A stretch of DNA of 64,000 bases from assembly GCF_001194135.2 (NCBI RefSeq), contig NC_068987.1, positions 106,128,499 to 106,192,498 on the forward strand, in the 5' to 3' direction. Below are positions 27,315-41,141 of this stretch, in pieces. Each line of letters begins with the position of its first letter. Within the stretch, counting starts at the first letter, position 1. This DNA comes from Octopus bimaculoides. Its lineage: Eukaryota. The notes under the pieces were generated by a model. The model worked only from the letters and a program-made list of their open reading frames with translations, did not search any database and was not told where the DNA came from. Both the position numbers and the translations under genes were made by a program.

Positions 27315-27605
27315 TTCTTTTATTCTTTTACTTGTTTCAGTCATTTGACTGCGGCCAGGCTGGAGCACCGCCTTAAAGAGTGTTAGTCGAAGAAATCGAC
27401 CCCAGGACTTATTCTTTATAAGTTTAGTACTTATTCTATCTGTTTCTTTCGCCGAACCGCTAAGTTACGGGGACATAAACACACCAGCATCGATTGTCAA
27501 GCGATGGTGCACTCGGGTCCGAAGCTATAGTAGAAGACATCTTTCCATGGTGCCACGAAGTGTGACAGAGCCGGAATCATGTGATTTGTACCACACAGCC
27601 ACGCC
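27315..27605 (-). mobile_element. SINE family A with internal deletions
   Basis: Tail and head present; the central microsatellite and AAACTGAAAG block are missing. Confidence 0.8.
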
Positions 27606-28883
27606 CGATTTTCAGCGGTTTTGATGATCGAATCGTTTAAAGCAAGGGTTCGCCATCATTTTTTATCTACGGGTCCCTTTGATTACTATTCTATTCTAGT
27701 GAATTGTGTAACATCTATCCATGCGCTTTCTTCTATATTACCGTTAACGATCATATTTTTATTTTCTTTCCAAAATCATTTTACATCATTTATCTCACTA
27801 TACCAAAATAAGCAGATGCATCCTGAATATACACCTAGTATAAGTTTTAAAAAAAATTATTATTGTACAAAGTTACTCAATTACGTCATATTTTCCAACT
27901 GAGCATACTCTTGACAGGTGATTATGTATGTATCGTCTTTATACTATGCCTCCTCTCTATGAATTTCAGTGAATATTCAAATATTTTTTCAAATCCGATG
28001 ATGTAGATGTCTGCTAGATATTTTCGATAGAGCCAAATCCTCGTGTAGTCATGTGTGAGTAATTTCATAATTTCGGGATTCTGTAGTGTCTGTGCTATTT
28101 TTTGGATCGGTATTTCTTCCCAGGATTGATTTACTCTTAAACACTTTATATTCATATTTTATTTTTAGTTTTCTGCCTTTGTTTTATCAGTACTATCCAT
28201 ATTCCGCCAAGATTTCCGTTATTTTACCATTTTGTTTTCGGTTGGAAATGAATATTCTCTGGTTAAGTAAATTAATTATTTCCAACGACGAATTATTTGT
28301 GGTTTAAAGAGCTTCCAATACCGAAACCTCGAGTTGCATTCATTTTACCGTTACTTTATATTTCTATAATATCTGTGTTTAGCTTGCGCGAAATTTTGCA
28401 TTTTCCTTATCGATTTCGTGCAAGATTGAAATACATTTTATATATGTCATCTCTTGACTTATATGTGTATTTTCCACGCTGTTTACTTGAGTTTAGATGC
28501 TCCTGTATTAAGCATTACAAAAAAGGATTCACTTTCCATTCTGGCTACTGTGGTTACAGCATAGATCTTTTTAAAATTGATTCTCATGATATTGATGTTT
28601 AAATCTTCCTGCTTCCAGTGAGTCTATGAAGGCCTGCATGTTTTGCATTGTGGTTGTTATTTTATTAGGTTTTCTGTTCGGGATGGTCTTACGTAAGTCG
28701 ATAGAAACATCTTCCATGGATTTTAGTTCGTTAGCCATTTCCACCATTCAGTAATTGTCTTTTACAAAATCTGCTGCTTAAGAATTTTTTTAATTTGTAC
28801 TTAGTTCTTGTTACTGTATTTCTGATTTAGCTTTTGTTAATTCTCGTCATCATCATTACTACTATCATAATTATCATTATTAT

Positions 28884-29440
28884 TAAGTCGATGAGCTGGC
28901 AGAATCGTTAGTACGCTGGATAAAATGCTTGGCGGCATTACGTCCGTCCTTGCGTTCTGAGTTCAAATTCCACCGAGGTATACTTGCATTACATCCTTTC
29001 GAGGTCGATAAAATAACTACCAGTTTAGCTCTGGAGTTGATGTAATCGGTTAGCTCCCCTATCTACAAGATTCAGGACTTGTGCCAAAGGCGGAGAGTTG
29101 GTACAATGGTTAGCACGCCGGGAAAAATGCTTAGCGGCATTTCGTCCTCTTAACTCGTCCCCACAGCTAAATTTCAGGCCTTCTGCCTTTCGTAGAAAGG
29201 ATTATTGCTGTTGTTGTTGTTACTGCTGTTATTAATTTTATTAAGGCGGAGAGGCAGCAGAACCCAATTCTTAGTAATAGTTCTCTTGGCTTTGCGTTCT
29301 GAGTTCGTATTCTACCGAGACCTTGCCGCTCATTATTCCAGTGTCGATGAAATAAAATACTCGTCAAGTTTTGGGATGAATATAATCGAAGAAACCTATC
29401 TTCTTAAAAGTGATGGCTTTGTGTCAAAATTTTGAAAGAA
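28884..29440 (+). mobile_element. Tandem cluster of three SINE family B copies
   Basis: Copies start at ~28884, ~29087 (internally deleted) and ~29242, with (TTA/GTT)n runs before the first and third. Confidence 0.75.
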
Positions 29441-31234
29441 ATATTATTATTAAGAATGGTTGTAATATTCTGAAAAATCGTTATTAACAATAAAGTAAAA
29501 AAAAAAAAAATTATCTTTTTATTATTATTCTAAAAAAAAATGGAAAATATTTCGATATATCCATTTACGATTATGATTAAGTGCAATAGTGACAGTAGTG
29601 GTGTAATTAGTAATTATTGTAGTAGCATTAATAATAGTAGAAACACCGCTAATTACACTATTTTAATATAGTTCATGAAGTTAATTCAATTATTCCATTA
29701 CTTCTGTCTCAACAGGACACCTCATTGCTAGAAGCGAACAAAAGCGCCTTTACACAATTGCTCAATGCGTTAGAAATAGCAGCCAGTTTCTTCCGAAATG
29801 TTAAACTAACGACTTAAGTCATAGAGGTTATATTGTACAATTTACAAATTTATTACAAAAACAAAAAAACGAAAAAAAGGATAGAGTTGATCTTCTGACA
29901 GACAACATCGACAACACTACAGTGCCTGAATGCCACCATAGTGAATATACGTGAAATATGTCTATGAGATATCATTGTGTACCAGCAATGCGAACTCGCT
30001 CACGCAGACCTACATAACAATTGAATTAATTAGTACTCAATCAGTAATTAGTAGAGCAACGAGATATAGAAGCCTATAAAATCTTATAAAAGTTTACACA
30101 TTCGCTCACATTCCTTGTTACGTTATTATTTGAACAGGTTATCACAAAACAGTCTAACCAAGACAATTATTACAGTTTTTACCACCTAAAAGATCTCATA
30201 CAAACAGACAGCGATTTCGCCATGCGTTGTGACACATAGAGAAAGTCTACAACACGATGCGAACATAATTCATAAAAAGTCAGTTATGCATATATTGTGA
30301 GCAGAAGAGACAATGCATTATCTGCTACCCACAAAATAAAACTTCACAATTTTCCAGGTTGCTTTGAACTGAAAGTGCATATGAGCTGGATCCTCACATA
30401 ATACATATATACACATTGCAAAACACACCTGAAAACAACGAAACACACTTACATTTACACGCTTTCCCTGTATTCGTGGACATTTATGGTGACTCGTAAA
30501 TGCACAGATAAATTCAAGTTACTTTTATTTACACAAGGTCACAATATCCATACAAACGTTTATGCACTTTGGCATAACATACGGACGCATGACGAGAAAT
30601 TTTATGTACGCGTATTCTGCTATACTCACAACGATTTTCATAGTCATGAAGACATATAAACACAGTCACATGTACGCATATAGACACACAGCCACGTATG
30701 TATAAACACACGATCACAACGCTATAGTAGAAAGTTATGTTCTCTGTTGTTCAAGAACACTGCACATTGTAACGTCCTTTCGGTTAGCATTTTTTGATAC
30801 AAAAATAGAAACCCTTTTATCGACTACAACATTATCCTTCTACTAAGACATGTCACAATCAACGGCTAGTGGTCAGTGGAAAATATATTCCGATTATATT
30901 GTTGATGTAAAATAAAGGAATCCGTACCAATTTATTCTGTTTTTACTCTGTTCTATATTTTCTACATCAGTGCATCATGGACGAAAATTCTAATTATTTT
31001 ACGGTGGTTTATTTCTACAAGCACAGACACATCACGTACATGACAAAAGATGGATACCAATGTAGCATATAATATAAACTGGGTGTATATACTAAGCGCA
31101 TACAGATAAATATATAGATATATATTTTGTTTACGCAAATGTAACAGTAGGAAAACTCGTATATCTACATCTCAATTCACATATGATCAAGCTCACACTT
31201 ACATTACTGTGAATATATTATATTCTTTTATTTT

Positions 31235-31395
31235 TTAAAATCTTTTACTTGTTTCAGCTATTTGAATGCGGTCATGCTGGAGCACCACCTTTAGTCGAAC
31301 AAATCGCCCCCAGGACCTAGTCTTTGTAAGCCTAGTACTTATTCTGTCGGCCTGTTTTGCCGAGCGGCTAAGTTACGGGGACGCAAACACACCAT
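31235..31395 (-). mobile_element. SINE family A, 3' half
   Basis: CTTTTACTTGTTTCAG..GGTCATGCTGGAGCACC..GCTAAGTTACGGGGACG. Confidence 0.8.
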
Positions 31396-31425
31396 GTGCA
31401 TGTATATATAGATATATATATGTCA

Positions 31426-31645
31426 TAAGAGGTATGCTGAAAAGTTCCTGGTTCTAATGGTATCCTGAAACACCTGGCTGGAGGCCCAACCATCCGATTT
31501 CTTTTACAGGTCTTAGAACATCTGAAGGACCACTGCTATAAGTATGTGAATTTGAGAGGGGTATATGCTTAATAAAATCATTTAATTAACACTTCGTTAT
31601 TTTTATCCACACAATACCCGGAACTTTTCAGCACCCACTCGCATA
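31426..31645 (+). mobile_element. mariner-derived MITE
   Basis: TIR core TGCTGAAAAGTTCC / GGAACTTTTCAGCA. Internal GLEHLKDHCYKYVNLRGVYA resembles the extreme C-terminus of mariner transposases. Homologue at 62039. Confidence 0.8.
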
Positions 31646-31736
31646 CACAAACACAAATACACACACACATGCACGCACACATACACATACACGCTCGCAC
31701 GCACACACGTAGACAGACAGACACACACACACACAG

Positions 31737-31739
<3 letters not shown>

Positions 31740-31822
<83 letters not shown>
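31740..31822. repeat. (CA)n microsatellite
   Basis: Directly visible. Confidence 0.95.
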
Positions 31823-31827
<5 letters not shown>

Positions 31828-31889
31828 AACACAACCACACACAGACTTGTGTATATTTTCTATGACTCGTGGCCCCTTTATCAAGTCCT

Positions 31890-32180
31890 ATCATAATGGC
31901 TCCACTTTTTGCAATCCAAGAGCAGGAGATAGCCACAAAATATCTCGGGATCAAGCGGAACAGTGAAGATCTTAATTTCTCAAGTCGAAACTACAAATGT
32001 CGATTATGTAACTCATTTGTGGATGATGTTTAAGGTAATCAGAAGCTACCCGCTCCTGTTGTTGCTAAAACAATATAGAACACCATCCAAAGAAAAGTCT
32101 TCACTAGAATCAATATATTCAACACCTCTGCAATGGAACATTGCTGGAATATTAGCAACAAGCTTCTACCATGTGTAAAT
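31890..32180 (+). mobile_element. RLE-type non-LTR retrotransposon fragment (zinc-knuckle region), decayed
   Basis: Single frame from 31908: FAIQEQEIATKYLGIKRN...YKCRLCNSFVDDV*...PVVAKTI*NTIQRK...EHCWNI. The AIQEQ and CRLC motifs precede the RLE domain in R4/Dong-like elements. Confidence 0.7.
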
Positions 32181-33174
32181 ATTACAGAACTTGCATAATT
32201 ATTTTGCATAAAAAGGAAACGTCATACACAGGAATAGGCGTTAATTACCTGACAGATGCGAACATCTTTACGAAAAGCAACAAGAAACAGAATATCACTT
32301 GACAACATCTTCGAAACCCGCAACGCTTCCACATTAATCATAAACTTTCATTCACGACAATGACCATTTTTGTACTAGGTTATAGTAGTAAATGTCCGGA
32401 GAAGAGAAAATCCGGAGAAGCGAAAATTTTCAAAGTAAAGAAAGAGGCTAGGTAACACTAAAATTGCAAACACCAGTCTGTAAGCAGAAGAGTAAAATTA
32501 TGAAAATTTTTTTTAAAGTGCGACACGTACTAACATGGCAGCTATTCAAACTCCAATGATAACTCTTATATTTCTTTGACAGAAGCAAGCTTCCGCTTTC
32601 TGGAAAACGAATACATATGCAATTCAAACCCACAATCACACACACACTGATATATTCGGACACACGCGTTTCCATGTATATACGTATGATATGAAGTAAG
32701 CATATGAAGACAAAGAAACAAACTACACACAGATATCATGCAAACGGTACACGTGACATATAAACTTGATCGTCTGTATAAAGCAAGTATCAATTTCTCA
32801 CACATACACATACACGCATATATATGTGTGTAAACACGAAAATCTATGAAATACACAGATTATTGTTGGACGTAAACATGTTCGTAGGTCTGTGCGAATG
32901 TATATACAAAGTATGTATGCATGTATAACTTACGATTGTGTGTGTGTGTCTGTGTATGCCTCTGTGTGTGTCTGTGTGAATGTGCAATGTGTCTACTTGT
33001 AGGTATGCACCATAAAAGCGTATAAAGTATCAACATTCTACATATGCCGCAAACAACCAGACAAAAGTTTAAAACATGAAAATGAATATCGAAACTATAT
33101 CAGTATATATAACAGATGATATTTCATACGTAAATAGCAAAAAATAACAGAAATCATGTACTAATACTACAGGA

Positions 33175-33408
33175 TATACCCCCACCACCACAACCTCCAC
33201 TACTACTACTACTACTAAAATTATTAATAACAGCAATAATAATAATTGCAACTATCTTCTTTTCATCTTCTCCTCCCTCCACTTCTTCCTCCACCTCCTC
33301 CTCCTCCACACCGCTGCACCTTCTTATTCTTCTTCTTCTTCTTCTTCTTCTTCTTCTTCTTCTTCTTCTTCTTCTTCTTCCTCTTCTACTTCTTCTTCTT
33401 CTTCTTCT

Positions 33409-33440
<32 letters not shown>

Positions 33441-33537
33441 TCTTCTTCTTCTTCTTCTTCTTCTTCTTTTTCTTCTTCTTCTTTTTCTTCTTCTTCTTCT
33501 TCTTCTTTTTCTTCTTTTTCTTCTTCTTCTTCTTCTT

Positions 33538-33568
<31 letters not shown>

Positions 33569-33618
33569 TTATTATTATTATTATTATTATTATTAGTAGT
33601 AGTAGTATTAGTGTCATT
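33175..33618. repeat. Compound trinucleotide microsatellite (CCA/CTA/TAA/TTC/TTA)n
   Basis: Directly visible; source of the poly-K/E/R/S/F pseudo-ORFs. Confidence 0.95.
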
Positions 33619-34566
33619 NNNNNNNNNNNNNNNNNNNNNNNNNNNNNNNNNNNNNNNNNNNNNNNNNNNNNNNNNNNNNNNNNNNNNNNNNNNNNNNNNN
33701 NNNNNNNNNNNNNNNNNNNNNNNNNNNNNNNNNNNNNNNNNNNNNNNNNNNNNNNNNNNNNNNNNNNNNNNNNNNNNNNNNNNNNNNNNNNNNNNNNNNN
33801 NNNNNNNNNNNNNNNNNNNNNNNNNNNNNNNNNNNNNNNNNNNNNNNNNNNNNNNNNNNNNNNNNNNNNNNNNNNNNNNNNNNNNNNNNNNNNNNNNNNN
33901 NNNNNNNNNNNNNNNNNNNNNNNNNNNNNNNNNNNNNNNNNNNNNNNNNNNNNNNNNNNNNNNNNNNNNNNNNNNNNNNNNNNNNNNNNNNNNNNNNNNN
34001 NNNNNNNNNNNNNNNNNNNNNNNNNNNNNNNNNNNNNNNNNNNNNNNNNNNNNNNNNNNNNNNNNNNNNNNNNNNNNNNNNNNNNNNNNNNNNNNNNNNN
34101 NNNNNNNNNNNNNNNNNNNNNNNNNNNNNNNNNNNNNNNNNNNNNNNNNNNNNNNNNNNNNNNNNNNNNNNNNNNNNNNNNNNNNNNNNNNNNNNNNNNN
34201 NNNNNNNNNNNNNNNNNNNNNNNNNNNNNNNNNNNNNNNNNNNNNNNNNNNNNNNNNNNNNNNNNNNNNNNNNNNNNNNNNNNNNNNNNNNNNNNNNNNN
34301 NNNNNNNNNNNNNNNNNNNNNNNNNNNNNNNNNNNNNNNNNNNNNNNNNNNNNNNNNNNNNNNNNNNNNNNNNNNNNNNNNNNNNNNNNNNNNNNNNNNN
34401 NNNNNNNNNNNNNNNNNNNNNNNNNNNNNNNNNNNNNNNNNNNNNNNNNNNNNNNNNNNNNNNNNNNNNNNNNNNNNNNNNNNNNNNNNNNNNNNNNNNN
34501 NNNNNNNNNNNNNNNNNNNNNNNNNNNNNNNNNNNNNNNNNNNNNNNNNNNNNNNNNNNNNNNNNN

Positions 34567-34608
<42 letters not shown>

Positions 34609-35618
34609 CACATAAATATATAGATAGCTGCATAAATGTGTACGCGTATTTACCCATATATATATATATATATTGAATATATATATATATGTAAATACAC
34701 ACACACACACGCACGCACGCACACGTACGCACGCACACACACAATACATATTTTGAATGACGATGTGTATTCATATGTTGTCTGTGCTAATTTGTATATG
34801 ATGTGTGTGCATCCGTGTATATGTTTGTATTACCGTGTGTTACTTCATAGATAAATTTTTGTTCGATATAAACATAGAAATATTATACTGTTATTGCGTA
34901 ACCAGTAAAGGAATACACATAAATCTATTTACATCTGGGCAATCGACGGTATCTTGTGAATTTTTATATGGAAAATTATATATGTATATTTGTTTCGCAT
35001 CAGACTCTTACACTTTCTTGCTCTCTCTTTGATTCTCTCTCCCATTACCATTGTCTGTTTCAAAATTATGTGTGCGAGGGTAATTGTGGTTGAATGCGAG
35101 TGTGTATGCGTATGTCTAGCTATGATATTGAACCTGCAACCTCTAGGGTTCTTGTTTCGATTCTCAGATGCGTTATGCGTAGTGTTTCTGAGCAAAACAT
35201 TCGATTTCACGGTATCCCCGTCTACTTCGCTCTCAAAGCGACGTACTAGTGTTTTAGTAAGCGGATTATTGGCCAGCATGCTTACCTAGCAGGTATAAAT
35301 TACATATATTAACACTGGGCATAGAGCGCAAGATATTTGAGGACAGATTTATGTTTATAAAATTAAACAGATATATTATAACAGGTAATAACTTTATTTA
35401 ACAAAAGATGCTATTTTCATTCAAAAGCTATTAGCGTGGTTCTCGCTAAAACTGAAGAATATGAAATAAAAAAAAACGAAAGGACGTCACACAGAATAAT
35501 GAAAATATGTTGGTGTTGTCAGTGTGTGCAAATCAGCTGAGAAAACATGGATCAACATCGATTCACAGAAAACCAAGAAATCCTAAATTTCTTTCCAAAG
35601 CTATTAGCGTGGTTCTGG

Positions 35619-35654
<36 letters not shown>

Positions 35655-36479
35655 ATATATATNNNNNNNNNNNNNNNNNNNNNNNNNNNNNNNNNNNNNN
35701 NNNNNNNNNNNNNNNNNNNNNNNNNNNNNNNNNNNNNNNNNNNNNNNNNNNNNNNNNNNNNNNNNNNNNNNNNNNNNNNNNNNNNNNNNNNNNNNNNNNN
35801 NNNNNNNNNNNNNNNNNNNNNNNNNNNNNNNNNNNNNNNNNNNNNNNNNNNNNNNNNNNNNNNNNNNNNNNNNNNNNNNNNNNNNNNNNNNNNNNNNNNN
35901 NNNNNNNNNNNNNNNNNNNNNNNNNNNNNNNNNNNNNNNNNNNNNNNNNNNNNNNNNNNNNNNNNNNNNNNNNNNNNNNNNNNNNNNNNNNNNNNNNNNN
36001 NNNNNNNNNNNNNNNNNNNNNNNNNNNNNNNNNNNNNNNNNNNNNNNNNNNNNNNNNNNNNNNNNNNNNNNNNNNNNNNNNNNNNNNNNNNNNNNNNNNN
36101 NNNNNNNNNNNNNNNNNNNNNNNNNNNNNNNNNNNNNNNNNNNNNNNNNNNNNNNNNNNNNNNNNNNNNNNNNNNNNNNNNNNNNNNNNNNNNNNNNNNN
36201 NNNNNNNNNNNNNNNNNATATATATATATATATATAAATATATATGTGTGTATGTATGGATGGATGGATGTATATATATACATATACATATAACAGAAGA
36301 AATAGTGAGGGATTATCAATACGGGCAAAATACATCATAATCTCTCTATTGGTACACTAGTCTAACAATATTACTTAGATTAGTGAAGAACTCCAGGTAA
36401 TCTTTTGGTAGGGTCCCAAGTTCAGATTCATCACAATTCTATATTGCAAATCCGTAGATAGGCTTCCGAAAGATTGGTT

Positions 36480-36910
36480 TTTACAGAGTGATATTTAAGA
36501 CACAAGTTAAAAATAATGGTCATTACATATAATTCCTTTATTAGAGCGATTTTGGCGTACAGCTGTTTTCGGTAGCCATTATAGGTACATTATTAATAGG
36601 TTTACTCAATTGGTCTATTGATTAATTGAGGTAAATTGAACGACCTAAGAATATTAATGCTATTTTCGTCAGAGCCATTTCTGGAGAAGTAACAAGCAGA
36701 GCACTTGAGGAATGGCTATGGGGTGGGGAAGGTGGTCGAAGATCGGGATGTTCAAGCAGAATACAGAATAGAGGAAGGTAACAAACAAGATGAGGACAAA
36801 TATCCGTCAAATGTAAATAATGTAAATAATGTACGTAATTCCTCATCTCTTAAATATAGAACTGTATCATGGGAAGGCAGGTTACACGGGGCTGGTGACA
36901 AGTAAGGAAG
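36480..36910 (-). mobile_element. Probable PLE terminal-repeat relic carrying a decayed hammerhead-like motif
   Basis: Minus strand CTATAAT-GG-CTA-CC-GAAAACAGCTGTA (36558-36584) followed by AATAAA. The architecture resembles PLE minimal hammerheads. No coding motif recognised. Confidence 0.3.
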
Positions 36911-37266
36911 TGGTATATATATATATATATATNNNNNNNNNNNNNNNNNNNNNNNNNNNNNNNNNNNNNNNNNNNNNNNNNNNNNNNNNNNNNNNNNNNN
37001 NNNNNNNNNNNNNNNNNNNNNNNNNNNNNNNNNNNNNNNNNNNNNNNNNNNNNNNNNNNNNNNNNNNNNNNNNNNNNNNNNNNNNNNNNNNNNNNNNNNN
37101 NNNNNNNNNNNNNNNNNNNNNNNNNNNNNNNNNNNNNNNNNNNNNNNNNNNNNNNNNNNNNNNNNNNNNNNNNNNNNNNNNNNNNNNNNNNNNNNNNNNN
37201 NNNNNNNNNNNNNNNNNNNNNNNNNNNNNNNNNNNNNNNNNNNNNNNNNNNNNNNNNNNNNNNNNN

Positions 37267-37331
<65 letters not shown>

Positions 37332-40300
37332 CCAAATTTGAAACCGACATTACAGTGTTAAGTGATACCATAACGAACAGAAACGACACTGTGACAATAG
37401 TTTTACAAACTTGGAAACTTTTTTGTAGTAATTCGATTTAAAGCAGCTTCAATTCACACTTTCCCGTCGTGTTAAAAAAAGAATTCAAGGGACAACATTA
37501 TCGGCAAACACCAGATTCTACGATGTTGCTTCTTCGTTTTTGCTAGCTAGAAGTGCTTGAGACAGCTAGCAAATCTATTTCAAGTCATAAATAAGGACAT
37601 ATTAGCTGATTTAAACCCAGAAATGTAGTGACTGAGAAAGAAATAGTTATGTTGTTAAGACTCCGACTCCTATTAGACGTAAATCTGCTCGATTAGGGCA
37701 CTAACTAATACAACTTCTGACAACTCCAACACATTCACATTTACTAATTCACTACATTCACCAACGAGTAACGTAACCAAAACAGACCCTGTATTACTGT
37801 CATTTGCACCGGCCTAGATTAAACAGCATCGATAACAATCAGTCTTATCACCACCTACACTCAAAATCCCTCCACAACCGGAGATTATGGATACTGAGAC
37901 ACAACCACAACTATATGAATAACACACTTAAATTTCTGATATTCTCACAAAAATAAGTCATGTAATCAAAACATACAAATCATACAAGTATTGCAATATG
38001 ATACAAAGCAAGTTAAAAGCTCGTTTATGGAACTAAAAACAAATTTTATTATCTTAGATAATATTTACATAGTGATACTACTGATACCTCAGTAGAGAAT
38101 TCCGTACTTCTACGAAATATGAATATGCTCAGATATGGAACTGGCGAAAGCGTAGGCCTGATAACATATGTAAAATAATGCATCTGCTACATAGATACCA
38201 TAAATGACACTCGAATATTAATAGGGCACAGCAATACTCTAGAAATGCAAGCATTCAGAAATCAAATCCCGATACAAGTATCACACCAACTCAATAAACA
38301 CTAGCGATCTCACCAATGACCGAAAAGATTATGTACGCCAATTTAGATACTCTATCATTTCCAATGCTGGCGCCACCCATTATGCCGTCGCATTTCTTTG
38401 TAGAAATAGCAATCGTATCTCTGGTAACTGAATATATTTTCCCATTCCGTCTAACTGTATGACTGTTATACTTCAATCTGATGACACCTCATCTACAAAC
38501 TTAGTTTTGGAGAAGACTTCAACGCTAACCACAAAAAGGTTATAGAATCATCACAGCGAAAAACAACGTAAGGTACAAGGCAACTTAAACGTTACCCTGA
38601 AAAACAGGATTTCAAAGAAACGCATTGTAGACTATGTGGGCAGACAATGGTAAATACGGTTTCGAGAAAAAATTAAAGAGAAATTCGTTGTGAGGAGTGA
38701 AACACTGTAATGATTTGGACATTTGTCTTTATATGATTTTATTTTTACATGGCTGAATACTTTTCCTAAAATATTGTTGTTCAAAAAATATTGCCGCGGA
38801 ACTCAGAATCGTTTTGAAAATCATATCAAGGTTTATGCAACAACATAACTTCCATAATAATTGTTGTATCGAATGGACCATAAAAACATAATTTAGTGAA
38901 ATCTCGTCATTACAGTTTGCATTAAAAACAGACAGAATCGTCAGCTACTCACTGAAACGAAAATAATGTATATTGACGAGTACTTTGACTATCGCAATGC
39001 ACTGATTGATATGTAATAAAACATTAGCTTAGAAGTAATGGCTTAAGCGCAATTACATCCCAACGTAGGTTCATCTACAGCGCGTTCAAAACACTCAGAA
39101 ATTTCAAGAATACCATAACGGCAGTACTTATTTATCTGTCTGAATTTAGTTAGATTAAGGAGAATACAACAGCTTGAAAAAAAAAACAAAAAGACATTAA
39201 AGCTTCACTCGCTTCAAATACAATGATGGCTTGCTCATCATTTTTCGCAAGTGTAAAAAAGGCTGCTATTAGACTCTGGTCGAGCACACCTTTTCCGTTC
39301 TGCTGTGGGCTTCACAATAATTTACAGTTGCGCAGTGAATCAAATGGCTCGGTGCGTTTCTTCGATTAACAAAGATAACAGAAACATTCCTTTACCTCAC
39401 ATTTGCGCATATGTGGGCAATAATTGTAGATAAATAGACGTGATGGCCAACACTCTAAAATCTATCATCTTTGTTGTGATTTTGGACTAACCTGGGGCTA
39501 AATAACCATACAAAAGCCATAGAGAGCTACCGAGGGACACTCAATGTGACGGCTTTGAAAGATCAATACACAGTGGCTTGGTCTTCCTTACTGTTCAACC
39601 CTGCTTTCTAACAGTAAGCATTCATTTTACGCATATATATGAAAACACCTTCTTTACACGCAGTAACCCAGGGCACATATGTTTGAAAAGCTAATCAACG
39701 AAAGTGCTTACACACAATACACACAATACAAAATCTTTCCGAAAGGTTTGTGACATTATGTTTCTAGTACCATCTGCCCCTACACAACTTTAAGTAGTTA
39801 ACAACTTTTAATACAATCTTTCTTTAAATATTGTGACTGTACGAGGTATTTTGGGGGCTTGAAACTAGTTGGTCTAATGATCTGGGTATTGCATAAGTAT
39901 TGGTTTTTGAGTTAGCGTTCTCAGCATGCAAAGAAACCCTGCGAGTCACGAAAGGATGTAATTGTTGAAATTACCCAGGTCAATGAATTCAGAGAAGAAT
40001 GAAGTGAGATAGAAGCCTTTGATGCAAGAAGAAATATAATAGAAATGTTATTGCTTTCAGGCGTAGTTTGGAGAGCAGCAGTGGAAGAAGATGTATATTG
40101 TGGCGTGTGGGAAAGTTCTATTGATTCCAATTAATTGGAAGTCACGAGAAAAATGAATGACTGCAGGAGCTGAACCTACATATGCGTAGGGTGTACTTTT
40201 AGAATGAAATTTGAATGAAGAGTAAAAATGCTATGACAATTTACTGCTTTACTCCTAATACTGTACAACTAGGACTACGTCATCACGAGTATCTTTTCAG

Positions 40301-41141
40301 CTAAACACAGCGTGGCGTACATCGACGAATACCTATTTGGTTCTAAAAAGTAGACTCATTGCATAGCTACCTTTCACTATCAGACTTTCTCATACAGGAA
40401 GGGTCTGTGAGATATTGTGGCGAGAAGTTATTTATTTACATTTTTTATGCTCTTTACTCTTAGTGAAAAAACGTATAATTTTATCCTTCCCATGGTAATA
40501 GGTTTGTCTATTTATTATATACATATATACATAATACACACACACACACACACACATACACACACACATGCACACACACACACATACACACATATATATA
40601 TATGTATATATATATACAAACACATAGATACATACATATATACGTATATATATATATATATNNNNNNNNNNNNNNNNNNNNNNNNNNNNNNNNNNNNNNN
40701 NNNNNNNNNNNNNNNNNNNNNNNNNNNNNNNNNNNNNNNNNNNNNNNNNNNNNNNNNNNNNNNNNNNNNNNNNNNNNNNNNNNNNNNNNNNNNNNNNNNN
40801 NNNNNNNNNNNTACACACACACACACACACACATACACACACACATGCACACACACACACATACACACATATATATATATGTATATATATATATACATAT
40901 ATATATACACACATATATGTATATATATACATATGTATGTGTGTGTGTGTGTGTACTCAGCAGTATCATCGGCAGGCAGTGTTCAGGCATAAACGAATTT
41001 TAGCTGAGTTTAGTTTGTAACATTTCAACTTTCAAATTCACTCCAGCTACCGTGGAGCAAACATATTCTCTTATGGTAAAGGGTGTAAACCAGCACGCGC
41101 ACGCGCGCACACACACACACTCACATATATTCACATATATT

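Noticed and set aside
34929-35293. 116-aa minus ORF (MLANNPLTKT...) and adjacent AG|GTAAGC donor
   Set aside because: The ORF runs into CA-type low complexity, the donor has no plausible exon upstream, and no homology was recognised.
40290-40342. Terminal exon KHSVAYIDEYLFGSKK*
   Set aside because: Too short; the resemblance to known motifs is not specific enough to call.
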